A DNA stretch of 64,000 nucleotides from Isurus oxyrinchus (lineage: Eukaryota), in assembly GCA_026770705.1 (NCBI GenBank), contig JANJGN010000038.1, positions 2,356,001-2,420,000 on the forward strand, in the 5' to 3' direction. A model generated the notes under the pieces. It had not been told where the DNA came from and ran no database searches. It saw only the letters and a program-made list of their open reading frames with translations. Shown here piece by piece: positions 12,880 through 27,400 of the stretch (positions are counted from its first letter, which is position 1; every line of letters begins with the position of its first letter). The position numbers and the translations under genes were made by a program.

Positions 12880-14000
12880 AGGGGAAGAGTAGATCAGGAT
12901 TCGAAAAGCCGGCGTGAGGTAGGATGCTTTGAACTGACAGAATGTGTAAGGTGTTGTGAACAGTTGACGTAGTGTAACTTGTGTCAGGAATAGGTTTCGT
13001 TGGCAGTTGAGGAATGGTCGGGCTTGTAGTCCAGTTCAAGTGGGCAGGATTGCTCGGGGCAGAAATGTTCGGACGGGTTGGCTGGCAGAGGCTGTCTGTT
13101 GGGTCGGGGAGGTAGAGTGGGTAGTATAGGTCGAGTGGGTTAGAATAGTCCAGACTGTAGGATAGTCCTTGGAGGCAGGATGGGTTGAGGGGGGTAGGTT
13201 GGGCTAGGAGAATCGGGTGCTTCAGGGTATGATACTTGGAGTGCTGTATGATGGGTTGGAGGTAGGACGGGATGAGTGGGGTTGGGTGTGCCATTCGGGA
13301 TGGATGGATCAGGGGTAGAATGGTGAAGTATGGTAGGATGATTCAGTGATGTAATCTGTGGCTGGCTGGTTGGATGAGTTGAGTGGGGCAGTATGGGTCA
13401 GGGGCATAGGATGGTCCCGGGTTTAGTGTTGGTGGAATGGGATAGGAAGGGTAGGGTGGTAGCATCGTTCAGGGGAATAGGATACGTCGGGATTAGGATA
13501 GGTGGAGTAGGTAGGATGGGTCGGAGGGGGTAGAATTAGTCCAGGGGTATTTTGTGTCTGCGGGTGTCAGTCGAGGCATAGGTGAGACGATTTGTGGAGG
13601 GAGGAATAATCGGGTGGTGTTTTTTTAGTCGGGTTATTCACGGGGGTGGGGTAGGAAGGTAGTCGGGCTGTCAGGAGGATAATCAGGGCAACCGAGTGAG
13701 GAATGGTGGAGTGGAATATTCGGGGTCAAGTGGGGAATCGGGAAGTAGGAAATTATTTCAAATCCCCTAACTTTTCCTGGATACCTATTCTGCTAAGAGT
13801 GGTGGAGCTATGTATGCTCTGCAATTTAAATTTGATTTCCAGATGATTCCAAGGCATCCAGGATAATTTCCCATCGGAAGTTTGAAGTTCCTGCGCAATA
13901 TCTGTGTAATGTTTACATGAGAAATTCCTGTGGGGGCCCGGGTGCATCTTCTGGGGCACTTACTGCGCACAACCCCTCCCACCCCCACGTACCGAATTCG
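12880..14000. repeat. G-rich repeat arm plus core of the same family as 6920-8460
   Basis: G-rich low-complexity tract followed by ttttcctggatacctattctgctaag (13772-13797), matching the core at ~7930-7950 in reverse complement. Confidence 0.55.
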
Positions 14001-14051
14001 TAAGTTCGGTGCGAATGACAATGGCTCCCCGAATATAGTCTGCTCTGACGC

Positions 14052-14284
14052 TAAATACAATGCTCTCTGCCCTGTAACTGGAATGATCTCTGTCCCCTAA
14101 TACAATTTTCACTGTCCCCTAAAACAATGACCACTGTCCCATAACCATAATGATCACTAGCTGCTAAATACAATCTTTAAATGTCCCCTAACTACAATGA
14201 TCATCTTCTCCTAAATTCAATCATTAATGTCCCCTGAATGCAATATTCATTGTCCCCTAAAAATAATGTTGATTCCCCCGTAAA
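14052..14284. repeat. ~24-bp minisatellite
   Basis: About ten degenerate units of taaatacaatgatcactgtcccc. Confidence 0.8.
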
Positions 14285-17200
14285 TGGAACAATGCGCTCT
14301 CTGCAGGGAACATTTGTCAGAGCTCTGCAAGGGATTATTTAGACGTTTACTAGAAAAGCATCATATCACCGCTGCTTTAAATGTTATTTATGGAGAATTA
14401 TTTTAAAATAGACTCGGCACAGTCACAGACCCCTGTGTATTGTACCCAGTTCGGTGAGTCTGCTTTTGTCAGGGAGCTAGTGATAACTTCCAATGTTTTT
14501 TCTTTTTGTTTCTTTATGAGATTTTCAGATTTATTTCCATGTTACATAGTTGCCTTTGAATTACTTTCATCTTTTTCAGCTTGTGATTACTGGCTCTAAT
14601 GGCTTAATTACAGTATCACTTTTTACAACCTATGCTTTGTTCAAATATCTTAAGTGTAAAAATTAAAGTAATCAGGGATTCAAGCATATCATTCAACCGA
14701 GATGAGATACGGACCAAGTTGTGGCCTAAAACAGAGCAATTCTATTTCATTGATTTATTCACCTGTGTTTGCTTTTCTACATATAATTTCCAATCCCTGT
14801 TTTGTAGATTCCAGCCGATCATAGAAAACACACTAATTTAAATCATGAAGTCTTCTTAATTTCACAAAGCTCAAATGAACATGTAATTAAGAAAATACTT
14901 TGAAATGGAAGTCGATCTGTAAGTTTACTAAGCTTGAAATCGGGCATTGTTGTTTACGTGTCGTCTCAGAGGTGAAACACAATTGTTACATTTAACTGCT
15001 AACCAGACCTCCACTTTAATAGCAATTTCTCAAAATGCACAAATCCAACCAAGAGGATAATTACTTTTTATTTTAAGTTTCAGCTTCTTGTTCCATCGCC
15101 AGAACTCTCCTTTTTAAAAAATTCTTATATATTTGTAACAAAGTGTGACACAATGTTTTGTGATGGGTGTCCTGCAACATAAATGCATTGGCTCCAAGAC
15201 TAACTGCAAATATGCAAACGTAAATGATAGGTTGTTTGATAGTGACAGAGAAACTAACCAATCAATAGAGACATTCATTTTGAGTGGAAAGGTTCGGCTC
15301 TTTTAAAGATAACAAGTTTACTTAATGTCAGGAGACCTAATTGTTCTAAATAAACATCAAAGAGGTATTTGAACTTAATCATTATTTAATTGTCATTGGG
15401 CCAGTTTGGTGCAGGACACTTTCTAGTTGTGGACAAAAACGCCCAACACTGTAAGATTTTTTTTCGCGGTATGGCCGAACCTAACTCTGAATGGTGATAG
15501 AAACCTGGAATATTGGCGGAACGGTACGATTCGAAATATGATTATGTCAGCCTGTTGCCTGACTGCTCTCTGGGGCAGATCTCATGCATCCACATGTGTG
15601 TGAAGAAGACTTTACAGGATCGACAGAGCTGACTGTCATTTTGTTTTTTCTGGTGCTTAGCTCGATGCCGGTGTTCCATCGCTTCTATTTTCAAACATTT
15701 GCTCCCGCTTGCAAGGCCAGTTAAGGGGGCAGTTGTCACTCCACTGCACCTCCCTGGGCGTAGCGTCACATAGAGGCCAAACTTGGGAAAGACAACTGAA
15801 TTCCTTCACGAAAGTATATGAATGAAACGGATTGTGCTAATTCATGAGAATGCTGTAGTTTCATGGTCATCATTCATGATTGCTCTTTTTTTAATTTTCA
15901 GCTTACTTTCGTGAACTGAACTTATGTTCATCAATTGACGTGGTGGGATGTACATTTTCGTCCCTGAATCACTAACCTTGCCTTCAGATTTACTAGACCA
16001 TGAACATGATCTCTATTCCAACATACACCAAGGCAATTGTCTACCAACGAGATATAGAGACTAGGGTTCAATTGAAAATATCAAAACTAAGATTGATAGG
16101 ATTCGGTACCAACTGCTTTAAACTAAGGTGTCCAAATGGAGACATTCTGCATATTATCAGTGCACTAACTGAAGGACAGGGAAGATTCCAGGACCAGAAT
16201 ATCCTTCTCCATTTGCTATGGGTCAACAACTTCGGGATAGGATCCAAAATTGCACTGGTAAATGCATAACTGAAACCAGAAACCAGCTATAGTCAGCAAT
16301 TTCTGCAAAGCAGCGAGAAGGGAACAAGGAGGCGTAGAACAGAACCAAGCAGATTGGAAAAATGGTCCCCAGTATAGTAAGTATGACTATATTTCAATAG
16401 TCAGTGTGACAGCAAAAAGAATGTGATGCACACTGGGCAGAGAGTGCTCCAATGCAATGGATGTGGACAAAGTTTTCACTAGTTAGCACAGCATGAATAA
16501 ATAAACGCATCGCACCATTCACAGTGGGGAGAGGTCTTGCACGTTTTCAATGACTGGACGAAGTTTCAACAAATCATCCAACGTCAGTAGCACAAGGATG
16601 CGGTATACTGCGAAACATTGCAAATGAGGACACTGCAGGACGGGACTTGCTTCCTCAGCCCGACTGCAAATTTATCAATATATTCCCACTGAGAAGATGT
16701 CGTTCACATGCTGCATGGAGTAGGGAAGATGTTAACAGTTGTTTCTTCTTCTCGCAGTCCGTTATGTTCAAGAGGTAGACGTGGGAAAAACCTTTCAAAT
16801 GATATGTAGTTGGCGAGTGACTCAGTCGTGCATTTCAATTGCTGACAGATGAGTGAAATTTCAAGTAGCAGCAGAATTTCAATTATGTTCTTACTAATGA
16901 TGTTAATCACATCTGGGGTTATTTAATAATCTGGACAAAGGGCATATAAAGCGAAGGCTAATGGATCAGTTTCGGCCTGACATTGAAAGACCTATCGAGG
17001 TATAACAAGTAATTACTTCCTTACTCACGATCTTCCGCTGGCAACAGTGACAAATATTGAGACCTGTGCCGCATTTTGCATTTGGGGAGCAGGAGAACTG
17101 CCATACCCCAAGCGCATGTGCAATACTCACCCGAGATTGGGATAATGATTTGTTGCAATGAGTACCCCATAATATCTCTGGCGTGACATTTTGTGGCTAT

Positions 17201-17968
17201 CAGGATGGCAAGAAATGTGTTTGTGCATGGTCAGTGGGGAGTGGCAGTGCTGTAAAATGTGGCGAGTCATTCAAAAGCTCATTGGCATTTGCAGAACCCA
17301 AAAATCTCGCCGCCGAGAGGGGCCATTAAATTCTGAATTTGCCATTACATTTGATGAGTTATTTTTAATAATTCTGTTGTTCATGATTGATGCCCATTGA
17401 CATTAAGACACTGTTGTTAGACTCGATTTATGTTGTTTGATAACACTGGAAATGTCATCATAATTGTCCGATTGAAAGTGTAGAAGGCGAATTACTGTTG
17501 TTCATTTTTTCCTGCCCCTTATTCCTATGTTCAATGACAAGGGATAGCGAGTGTGAAGCGGTGACTAGTGAGTTGAGAACAATGCATGGGAGCAGCATTT
17601 GTTACCATTTCAGAACGCCTTTTACCTCTAAGGTATAAACTACACAAAGCAATAACATTGAGGTTCCTACCTTAATTTGTTAAATTTTGGTATCCAATAT
17701 CAGATCTAAGTCGGAGTCTCTGTCTCCCACATGGATTTACAAGGCCCTGGGGGCTAGTAGGGATGTACCAGGCCCCTGCTAGCACGAGGAAGACAACTAA
17801 AAACTAACGGGGAGCAGGCAACGTTCTTTATACATTGTTAAATTCACACAGAGGAAAAGGGACTCAAAGCAAATGACGCTGCTTCCGGGAGACTAGACTT
17901 GGTGTGAGATAAACAAAAGCAGCAATGGATGGAACACAAATTATGACTCATGTTGGATTTTATTGTTA

Positions 17969-18879
17969 TCATCTTTTAAATAATTTAACAAGCAGATTCA
18001 GTGGGAATTTCACACCATTCTTTAACTCTTCTCTGAATTTACTCTGGGTCCCTGCATAAATAAACGGATTGATGCAAGAACTCAGGAGCTGAAGCATACG
18101 TGCGCTTTCCTCCATAAGTAAATTTGATTCATTGATATTGGAAGAGTCTACATAGTTAAGATTCGCAATTCGCACATAGAGGAAGTTTATAAGTCTTAAC
18201 AAATATAACAGGATGAAACTGCCCGAGATACAGAAGAGCAAAACCATGGACTTCCTTCTCTTCTGTATCTCTGGGTCACTTTGATTCTCTCCATTGCTCA
18301 GGATCCGGAGTCTCCTGCGGGCTCGACTGGCCGCTACAATGTGTCTGATGGTCAGAGCATTGAGTAGTAAAATAAGGACGAATGAGAGGCAGAGGGTTAA
18401 CACGGCGATTATGCTTTCATAAGCGACCCATGCAGGTGACGTATAAAATATTGATTTTGCCTTGCATTGCAAGGGTATATTGCCAATGATAAAGGCAGGC
18501 TCACACATAAAATACAAGGGGATGCTTTTAACACAGTTCAGTGCACAGACAGTTCCTATCACTACAGCCGCCATTTTCTCAGTGCAATATTTAGTTTTCA
18601 GCTTCTGGCAGCAAATGGCTACAAATCGGTCAAAGGTGAAAGCCACTGTTACACAGACAGAAGAATCGATGACACAATAAATTAGCACAAGTCTGAGGCT
18701 GAAGACCGGAGTGATGGACAAGAGACTGAATGGGAAATAAATACCTATAACCCGGTTTAATAACACAACTGTGATCCCGACAAGGAGATCCGTCACGGCC
18801 ATGGACATCAGGTAGTAAGTGATACATTTTGAGAGACCGCATCTTCCTCGAGGCAGTATCAGAATCACTGCCAGATTAG
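17969..18879 (-). CDS. GPR139-like class A GPCR copy B, exon 2 (intact; 326 aa when spliced to exon 1)
   Basis: Acceptor gtcacag|ctaat. Open frame with RGRCGLSKCITYYLMSMAVTDLL, FTFDRFVAICC, LLLNALTIRHI and NPFIYAGTQSKFREELK. 911+70 nt = 327 codons including the stop. Confidence 0.93.
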
Positions 18880-20125
18880 CTGTGACAGCGAAACGCAGCC
18901 AGTGAATATCAGATGTTGAGAAATAAATTTATAACATAAAATGTTGGAAATGCTCATTCAAGCAGCAGTTGAAAAGAGAGGAACAAGTTAGCATGTCAGA
19001 GAAATGATCTAGAGGAAAATAACCTAAAACACAGCAATCTGTTCTGTACTGTCAGCAACACTAAGGGCTCACCCAAGGTGAACATTGAACGTCCTGGATT
19101 GTGACTCTGAAATACAATCAATGTTGTTCTCATCTAATGTTTAGCGACGGGAAAATATAATAATACTCTGAAACATTGGAAAATCGAAGGTTAACAAATA
19201 CTTTACAGAGCTTGAAAAAAGTTCAGCAAAAAAAAAAGCTAGTACTTAACTGAAAAGATGATGAAGGAGATCTGATGCATCTTAGCTGCAACAATTCGAA
19301 GTTAAAGGAACAAGGCTTCACAGCCACGAGTAAAGCAGATCATGCTTACTATGGATCAGGTGTGGCTCAATTTGTAACAATCTCACTTTTGATTCAAAAG
19401 GTTTAGCAGTCAAGCCCAACTGATGGACTTCAGCAACGTTGCACTGCCGGATATGCTATATTTCAGGTAAAACAAAAGACTGAGGAACGAATACCAAATC
19501 TAACTTAAGAAATAGCTGTTATTCACATTCCAGCGCAAGGAGCAATATATGCACATGGCAAAGTGAGGTAATTCAATAGCTGTGAAAATAACACAATAGA
19601 GCTACATTTACAGCATAATAAATCATCCATGGTGACAGTGCCAATAATACAATTGATCTACATTGCACTGTGATATTAGTGTGCTAAATACTTCGCCCAC
19701 ATTAATAATGACAATAACAACATCTAATTTCACTTAGACTGAGAGACTGCACTGCTAAGTGGGAGAAAATTTTTAATTAAAGAGATAAAAAGGCATTGGT
19801 GAAGCAAACATAGTAATCCCTGAAATGGAAGTAAGTATACTGGCAATGGGAAGAAACTGTTCTCGTGTAGGGGAGAAATGATACCCTTAAAGTGGAGAAA
19901 AGAGACCAGTAATGAGCAGTAATATTGCGAGGAAAGGGAAGGTTTAATATCATTTAAAAGAAGAATGCACTAAACGTAGAGATAAGGATACTGCAAAAAA
20001 GGGAAAACATTATAAATAACAAATTATCCTGTTAATGGGGTGAACCATAGAGAAGCAGTACAGCTAAATTAAAGAAGTGATAGAAAAATGATTCTGGTAA
20101 CTGGTAACTAACCCTAATACTTTAC

Positions 20126-20195
20126 CTGGAATACCGATAGCTGCAAGAACGGGATAGTAAATGGCAAACACCAGACCTTCTGGTATCCCATGCAT
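20126..20195 (-). CDS. GPR139-like GPCR copy B, exon 1 (MHGIPEGLVFAIYYPVLAAIGIP)
   Basis: ATG at 20195, 70-nt exon, phase-1 donor G|gtaaag, 1246-bp intron. Confidence 0.9.
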
Positions 20196-20245
20196 TTCTC
20201 TCAAAAGCTCCAAGTGTGCTCTGTGCTACACCGAAAGACTGTTAC

Positions 20246-20252
20246 ATTTATA
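20246..20252 (-). promoter_or_regulatory. TATA box of copy B
   Basis: TATAAAT ending 51 nt before the ATG. Copy E has TATATAT at the identical spacing and in a similar context. Confidence 0.6.
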
Positions 20253-20609
20253 CATGATGTCGGCCTCTAGGGAGACAAAGGGAAGGTTTGGCCTTTTACA
20301 TTAATTACACTAACTGAAAAAAAACATTTTAGTGCAGCTGCTGCCGCGCTCACATTTATGTTTTTGATGGAATAGAATCTGTTTTCAAGCACACTGGCGC
20401 GGCTCCAAATTGAAATAATCTGATAGGAGAGTACGGTCCAAGTTGCATTTTTTCCTAAAATTTAAATAACAAGCCAAATAAGCCATTGTAATTGTGAAAG
20501 TGAGAACTGTGCACGAGCATCCATGGCTTTAAACCCCGCAGGAAAACATCACAAAGTTCTCACTCTTGATCATTTTTCAGGCCGTGTGAACACGGATCAC
20601 GTGTAATGT

Positions 20610-22255
20610 GGCTCCCTTTCCCTTCTGGAATGAGGAACCAATCAGTAGCCATCCACCCTCAGCCTCTCTGCCTGCTTGGACGTCAACTCACGACGAAAAG
20701 CGTCTCAATTAACTCCGTAAATGAAACGCCAATGCTATGGGTATTGGCTTGTGTCCTATTTCTGTTTGGCTTTTAGATGGATTGTAGCAGAATCATTGTT
20801 CCAGGCCCACTCAGGCACCTCCATCACACTTCTTCCTGGTATATTCATGACCAGATCAGTGTTGATTTCATTCAACCCCTGAACTGGAAAATGAGGTTAC
20901 GTTTGCTTTGGAATGTAACCCTCCCCATGCCCTTATTTGCTCCATGTTTGAAATTTATATTTTCTTCTGCCACTTTGATGTGGACACATCGGGGAATTGG
21001 CTATGGCCCAATATTCAACAGAAGCTCACCAACAACCAACTGTCTTGAATACACATCCATGCACCTCGCTTACTGGAAAGGCTCTTTTCCGTTCTCTCAG
21101 AATCTCAGTTTCTGCTGAATATGTTCGATTATCCCTTCTAGCTTTCTCCAATAGAGCTTCCAATTACGTCAGCCGAGTATTTCCAGCGCACCGTGGTTGA
21201 CAGAACCCAGCGCCGTGCGTGTAACAAGTCTCAGACTTCTGCTTTCACACCTTCTCCCCCTCCAAGATCCACAATAGGCTTCTCCTTGCCCTTGCCTACC
21301 ATTCCACACATCTCTAGTCTCATTTGGTCCACCTCTGCATTTTCAAACTCCTCCGGTACGTTGTCACCACCCAATATGTCCAACTCGCCTCTACTCTTTA
21401 ACATTGAGAATGGGTCATTTGCTCCACTCTGCACTTATCTCCTCCTCAATCAATTCAACCCTTCCTTTTCCGAAGAGCTTTCCCATGCACACAATGGACA
21501 TGCAACACCAGCTCCTGTCTCTTTGCCCTTCTCTTTTTCCTATGTCCCAAACACAGCTTCAAAATGGAAAATCGATTTGTTTGAACTTCTGTCCATTGAG
21601 TATACCCTGTTCACTGCTCAATATGCAGCCTGCTCTACATTCTGGAGGTTAAATGTAGATCGGTGATCATTTCTCAGGTACATCCATTCAGTCCACAAGT
21701 GTGATCTTCTGGTAGTTTGTCACCCTAATTATCTGTTCCGCTCTCACTTTGACATGACTGTGATTGAACCCTCCTGCTGCTTCAAGGAAATGGACCTGTG
21801 CTCCAGGTTTAAAATCTCATATTTCCTTAACGCACTTTCTTGGCTTTTGGATTTTCCATACATTTCCACATTCGTGATCACACCAACTGCATTTTTCTTC
21901 CTTCTTTGCTCTTTGTTGTTGCGTTGGGAAAACATTTGTTGATTTTGATTCTGTTATATGCAGTTTGCCGTCTTTTCAACATTCCTCTTCTGCTTTTCCT
22001 TGTTACACGTTGACTTCCGCCATCACTGCTTTTGTCATTTGATTTCTCCTGTTTTCCCCTTTACCAGAAGCATCTCCTTTTGATCCCTTTCCCCCACATC
22101 CGTTTTTTGCTTCTATACTTGCATGAAAACTGTTCCGTCTGTTACTTTTGCCAACTCTGATAAATGGTCCCGGCCCTGAAACGGTTTCTGTTTCTCTCTC
22201 TTCGTACATGCTGCCGGATATCTTGAGTATTTCCATCGTTTCCTGTTTAATTCCA
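20610..22255 (+). mobile_element. Degenerate Penelope-like element (RT, GIY-YIG endonuclease and tail)
   Basis: Remnants include WYIHD (YIDD), LEYTSMHL..KGSFPFSQ, TSAFTPSPPP and a Cys-rich/LYI GIY-YIG region near 21500-21690. The tail reads ctctgataaatggtcc..ctgaaacg..atgctgcc..gagtatttcc. Confidence 0.8.
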
Positions 22256-23183
22256 TTCAGGGTGCTTACATTCAATGTAGAAATGTGCAGCTCAGCACGG
22301 TTATATTCACAGTGTGCACACCTAGTTTGGCACAGTTACTTCCATTGTGGACTAGTTCAAATCAGTTAGTGTAGCCATGTCGATCCCGGCAATAACGAAT
22401 GTGCACTGGTGTGTGAATTTACTTTTTGTGTGGCAAGATCCAGTTCATGACGTGTGTGCTTGGTGCTTTCAGGCTAAGCTCAGTGCTCTCACATGCAGAG
22501 AACACAACCTCCTCTTGAGCACAATGTGCATCATTAAATTAATGGTGGAGCGCTCCAGGTCGACATGGTTATATGCCATGTAAAGTGTCCCGTTCAGCCC
22601 GCTTGCAATCACTGTTTAGTGGAAAACCAGTTTAGGGATAAATCATACCGTTGTGACTGTCCAGTTCAGTAAATTGCATTCACTGCATTCAGGTTAAATT
22701 GTGCACAGCTGCACTCAGTACAAACAGGCCAATTTCTATCCTGTTACACTGAATGTACATAAACGAATTTTTGCCCGGTTATTGTCAACTTTGTCCGGTG
22801 GAACACAACAACATACCATGTGCACAGCCCCGGCTGTGAACACTTTCTATCGATGGAGACAGGACCGGCTGAGCATGGTTTTGTTTCGTGCAGACTTATC
22901 AAAGTCTGCTCGGTGCTAATAAGTGTGTACAAGGACATTTGCATTCAGACTGGACTGGTTTAGTTCTGCATTCTTACTTTTAATGTGAGCTTCTGAAGTT
23001 CATTGTCGTGGGCAGTCCCAATTGATCACTGTTACTGCCAGCATGAACATTTTAACTTCCCAGCAGCTATGCTTCTTGTGCAGTTGGTTTGATCAATGAG
23101 CTTACATTCAATTTGGACAATTACAGTTCTGCAGAATGATTTTCAGTGAAGACTGATCTCGGCCGGAGAGATTTTATTTATTG

Positions 23184-23255
23184 TGATTTTCCATGACAAA
23201 ATCCAGGTCTATTGTTAATGATAAAGGAAGGCTCATAGGGAAAGTACCAGGGGAT
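23184..23255 (-). pseudogene. Isolated fragment of a GPR139-like TM4/ECL2 region
   Basis: Translates IPWYFPYEPSFIINNRPGFCHGKS, matching copy B IPLYFMCEPAFIIGNIPLQCKAKS. Confidence 0.7.
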
Positions 23256-23529
23256 GAGGAGGTTCCAGAGACTTTGAAATTGTCTGCTACAGAAAACAAG
23301 AGGCGGCAGGGGCACTAAATATATGCAAGGCATCGTTAGACAAATTATTGATCGACAGGAGATCCAATGGTTACTCAGTCTGACAGGAAAACGGAGTTAA
23401 AGCCAGGATCACATCAGTCATGAATTTACTGTATGTTGGAGCTGGAATGTTGGGCCGAAACGCTTACACCGACTCTCATTTCTTGTGATCGCAAAGACTT
23501 CAAATAACTATCCCGCCATTGTCACAGTT

Positions 23530-24427
23530 TGTGCCATTTGGCAATAGATTGAAAGAATATTTAAACGCCCTTTTCAGCTCCGCTTTGTATTTCGTCTGGG
23601 TCCCTGCATATATAAATGTATTGCTACAGGGTCTAAGGAGTTAAAAAACTATCAGCTTTGCTGCAGAATATATTTTGTGTCAATGGAAATGGAACTGATA
23701 GATCAGCTATTTCCCATACTTTGTGCAAACAGGAAACGTACAATATGCGTTAAGACCAGCTGGAGGAAACTGCCTGAGATGGAGAAGAGTACAACAATAG
23801 ACTTGCTGTGGCTCTTCATCTCGGAGACACTCTGATTCTCTCCATTCCTTTGGGATCAGAGTCTGCTGCAGGATCTACTTGCCAGTAGAATATTTCAGAA
23901 AGTCTCAATATCAAGCAGCAAAATCAGGAGAAAGGAGAGACATGGAGTTAGAATACAGTCCAGCCAGTCAAATATTCTCCATGGAAATGAAATATAAAAT
24001 GCATCATCTATGAGAGAGCACCGAGTTACATTGTTAACGATATAAATAGGTTCATTTATGAAATAAAAAGGGTGTTTATCAAAGTGGACAGCACACAGAT
24101 CATTCCTGAATTTCCAGTTGCTGTTTTCTAACTGCAGTATTCCATTTCCAGCTCCTGGTGACAAATGGCCAGGAAGCAGTAAAAGGTGAATTTGAAGGTT
24201 GACCAGAGAGTACAACATTTGGAACCAAAGTTTAAAGCAACAAGGACGACATAGAGGAATGCTGGACAGAAAACTGACTGGAAAATAAACAGCCGGAAAT
24301 GAGCTTAATGTCACGATAATGCTAATGACAAGGAAATCTGTCACCACCATGGATACCAGATACTGCGTGATACATCAGGAGAGACCACATATTCCTCTGG
24401 AAAAGATCACAATCATTAGAAAGTTAG
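23530..24427 (-). pseudogene. GPR139-like GPCR copy C, exon 2, multiply frameshifted
   Basis: Acceptor ccttacag|ctaac after a (CT)n tract. Pieces ANFLMIVIFSRGICGLS, MVVTDFLVI..YFPVSFLS, DWLDCILTPCLSFLLILLL and CSNTFIYAGTQTKYKAELK lie in different frames. Confidence 0.88.
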
Positions 24428-24431
24428 CTGT

Positions 24432-24474
<43 letters not shown>

Positions 24475-27400
24475 AGAACAGAATTAGTGCCGAAACTCTC
24501 AGCTACACCTGCAGTTTGGTGGGAGAATGGTAAGGAATTTGTATCATGAATACTTGATTCAACGCTGGAACTGATTAATTTAGCAAAGTAGTACGGCTGG
24601 TTTTTTTTATTAATATTGTCCCAAATAAATTGGAAGTTGGAACATGAAATAACGCAAAACACTTATTTTCTGATTCTTGTAAAGTTTATGCAATCTAGAA
24701 GTAGAAGGAATTGAACAAGGCTAACGTATTAAATTGACAAAAGGGCAGCCTGAAGATGGCATAACGTACAGATAATAAATCAATACATTTACTCGTTTAA
24801 AATGCGGTAAATAATAACGTTATGAAATGTTATGGAACCGCTATAATACTTAAAGCAATAGAATGACAGGAAATAAGATATGGATAATAACTCATTCCAA
24901 GTAAATAAATGAGGGAACCACGGGACCATGGAAAATAAAGTTGAGCGAACGCCATTGATTCAATTCGGGTTTTGTTCCTGTGGAAACAGGGCAAGGAGCA
25001 TGAGCGGTTTTTTTGCAGCTCAATGATTGCTGTAGTGCGAGATTAGTTCTCGCATTATTAGTGAAGATTTTCAATTGAAGAAGCAGAAAGACCTCCACTG
25101 ATTAAAAGTGCGACAGAGCAAATAGTGCTGTCCTTCCTCAGGAGTATGCAGCTAGGTTAGGAACTCGAGATCGGGAGTAGGGCTCAAACCCAGTGCTTGA
25201 ACGCTGATATTTCAAAATTTAGATCCCCGAAATAAAGCGGCTATGAGCATAATAAATGCCGGCTCCGATGGGTATCACACAGCCTTGACAACAAAATACA
25301 TTTTAGGAGAATTGAATGGAGCAGTTAATAGCAGCAACAGAGTTAAAAAAAAGTCTTCATAACAGTTCATCGATAGCAACTATTTGATAAATTTACGAAT
25401 AAACATGTGGAGGGTAAACAAAAATATAGAAAAATACATACCACTAATATTTATGGTTTCCCGCCAATTGGAAAATATGCTGATCCCTAATGGCTAAGCT
25501 CAAAGCGCCACAAAAAACACCCTTCCATAAATTATATTCCTTCTCCCACAGTTTGCTCATTCAGTTATCCAACAACAACCCTGCGCAATGTCCTCTTCTT
25601 AACCAAAATATTTACTGTGCCACATGGCTTATTTTCGGCAGCAATTTGGATACGAAACTTACTGTTGCCTCATTTTTTAACCTCCTAAATGCGGTGAAAA
25701 GCTGAGACCCAAATACAAATCGTGCGAATCAGCTGTCACCCCCTGTCAGTTGAACTGTATTCACAGTATCCATCAACAAATTAGATGAACATTGCATATA
25801 CCACAGCCATCGTGACTTAAATTTACATCGATATCACTGTAAATTAACATCTAGGCAAGTACAATAAACGACCTGTTTAACTAAGAAATTCAAGAAATAA
25901 TGACATTAATGAAGTAACAATTAAACTACATTGTGCAGCATTTGTATCATTGCCAAAAAGTCCGTCAACACACGACACAGAAATCGCAGGAACACATTAA
26001 GCAATCTTGAATCTTTTACTGTTGGAGAGCAGCCAAACATCCGGTAGAAGCTAGACAGTAAACATCTGACCCTCAAGCCTTCACAGTTAAACAAAGATTG
26101 AAAAGACCTAATTCCGGAAAAAAATACGTAGAATACAATGAATTCAGATTTAGAATGTTTCTGTCTCGTCTTTTGAGTGGCTCAGAAAACTGACTGGAAA
26201 ATAAACAGCCGAACACCGGCTTAATACCAGTGTAATGATAATAACATGGAGATCTGTCACCGCCATGGATACTGCGTATCTGGAAAGACTACATCTTCCT
26301 CGGGAACGGATCACGATAGTCAGAAAATTAGCTGCAAGCGAGAGAGAGAGAGAGAGAGAGAAAGAGATGACAGAGAAGGGAAGAATTAGTGCTGAATCTC
26401 CCAGCTACAATGTCCGTTTGGCGGGAGAATGGTATGGCACATGGGCCATCGATACTTCATTCAACGCTGGAACTGATTAGTTTACCAATGCATTAATTCT
26501 GGTCCATTTTTTATTTATATTGTCTCAGATAAAGTGGAAGTCGGAATACAAAATGACACAAAACTGTTACTTTCCGATTCATGTACATTTTATGTAATCT
26601 AGAAGGAGAAGGAATTGATCTTCACTAACGTATTAAATTGGCAAAAGGACAACCTGAAAATGGCATAAAATACAGATAAAAGCTCAATACATTTATTCAT
26701 TTATAAATACAGTAAATAATAACGTTATGAAACTTTAAATCACTATAATAAAGAAACCAATCGAATGACAGGAAATAAGGTATGGGTAATAACGAAATCC
26801 TAATAAATATCAGAAGGAACCAATGTACGTTGAAAAAGAAAATCTAAGCGAACACCATTGATTCAACTTGGGTTTTGTCCCTGTGGAAGCAAGACAAAGC
26901 GCATCAAAGGCTTTTATTCAGTTCAGTGACTGCTGTAGTGGGAGATTAGGTCTCGCAGCAGTAGTGAGGATTTTCAACTGATAAAGCAGAAAGACCTCGG
27001 TTTACAGCCTCGTCGGAAGGACCACAGAGTAGACAGTGCTGGACTTCCTCAGCGGCATGGAGCTGGGCTACAGACACCAGTTCGGAAGTAGGGAACAAAC
27101 CCAGGGCTTTCCGAATGAACACTGAGATTTCAAAATTTAGTTGAGCTAAATAAAGTGGCTACGAATATAATTATTTCCGGCTCCGAAGGGTATCTCACAG
27201 CCTTGAAAACAAAGTGCACTTCTAAAGAGAATTGAATGCAGTTGTTAACAGCAGCAACAGAGTTAAAAATGGTCTTCATAACAGTTCATCGACTGCAATG
27301 ATTGATGTTAAAGTTACGCAATGCAAATCGAACACCAATAAACATGTGGCGGGTGAACAAAAACATGGAAAATACTTACCACTATCATTTATAGTTTCAC

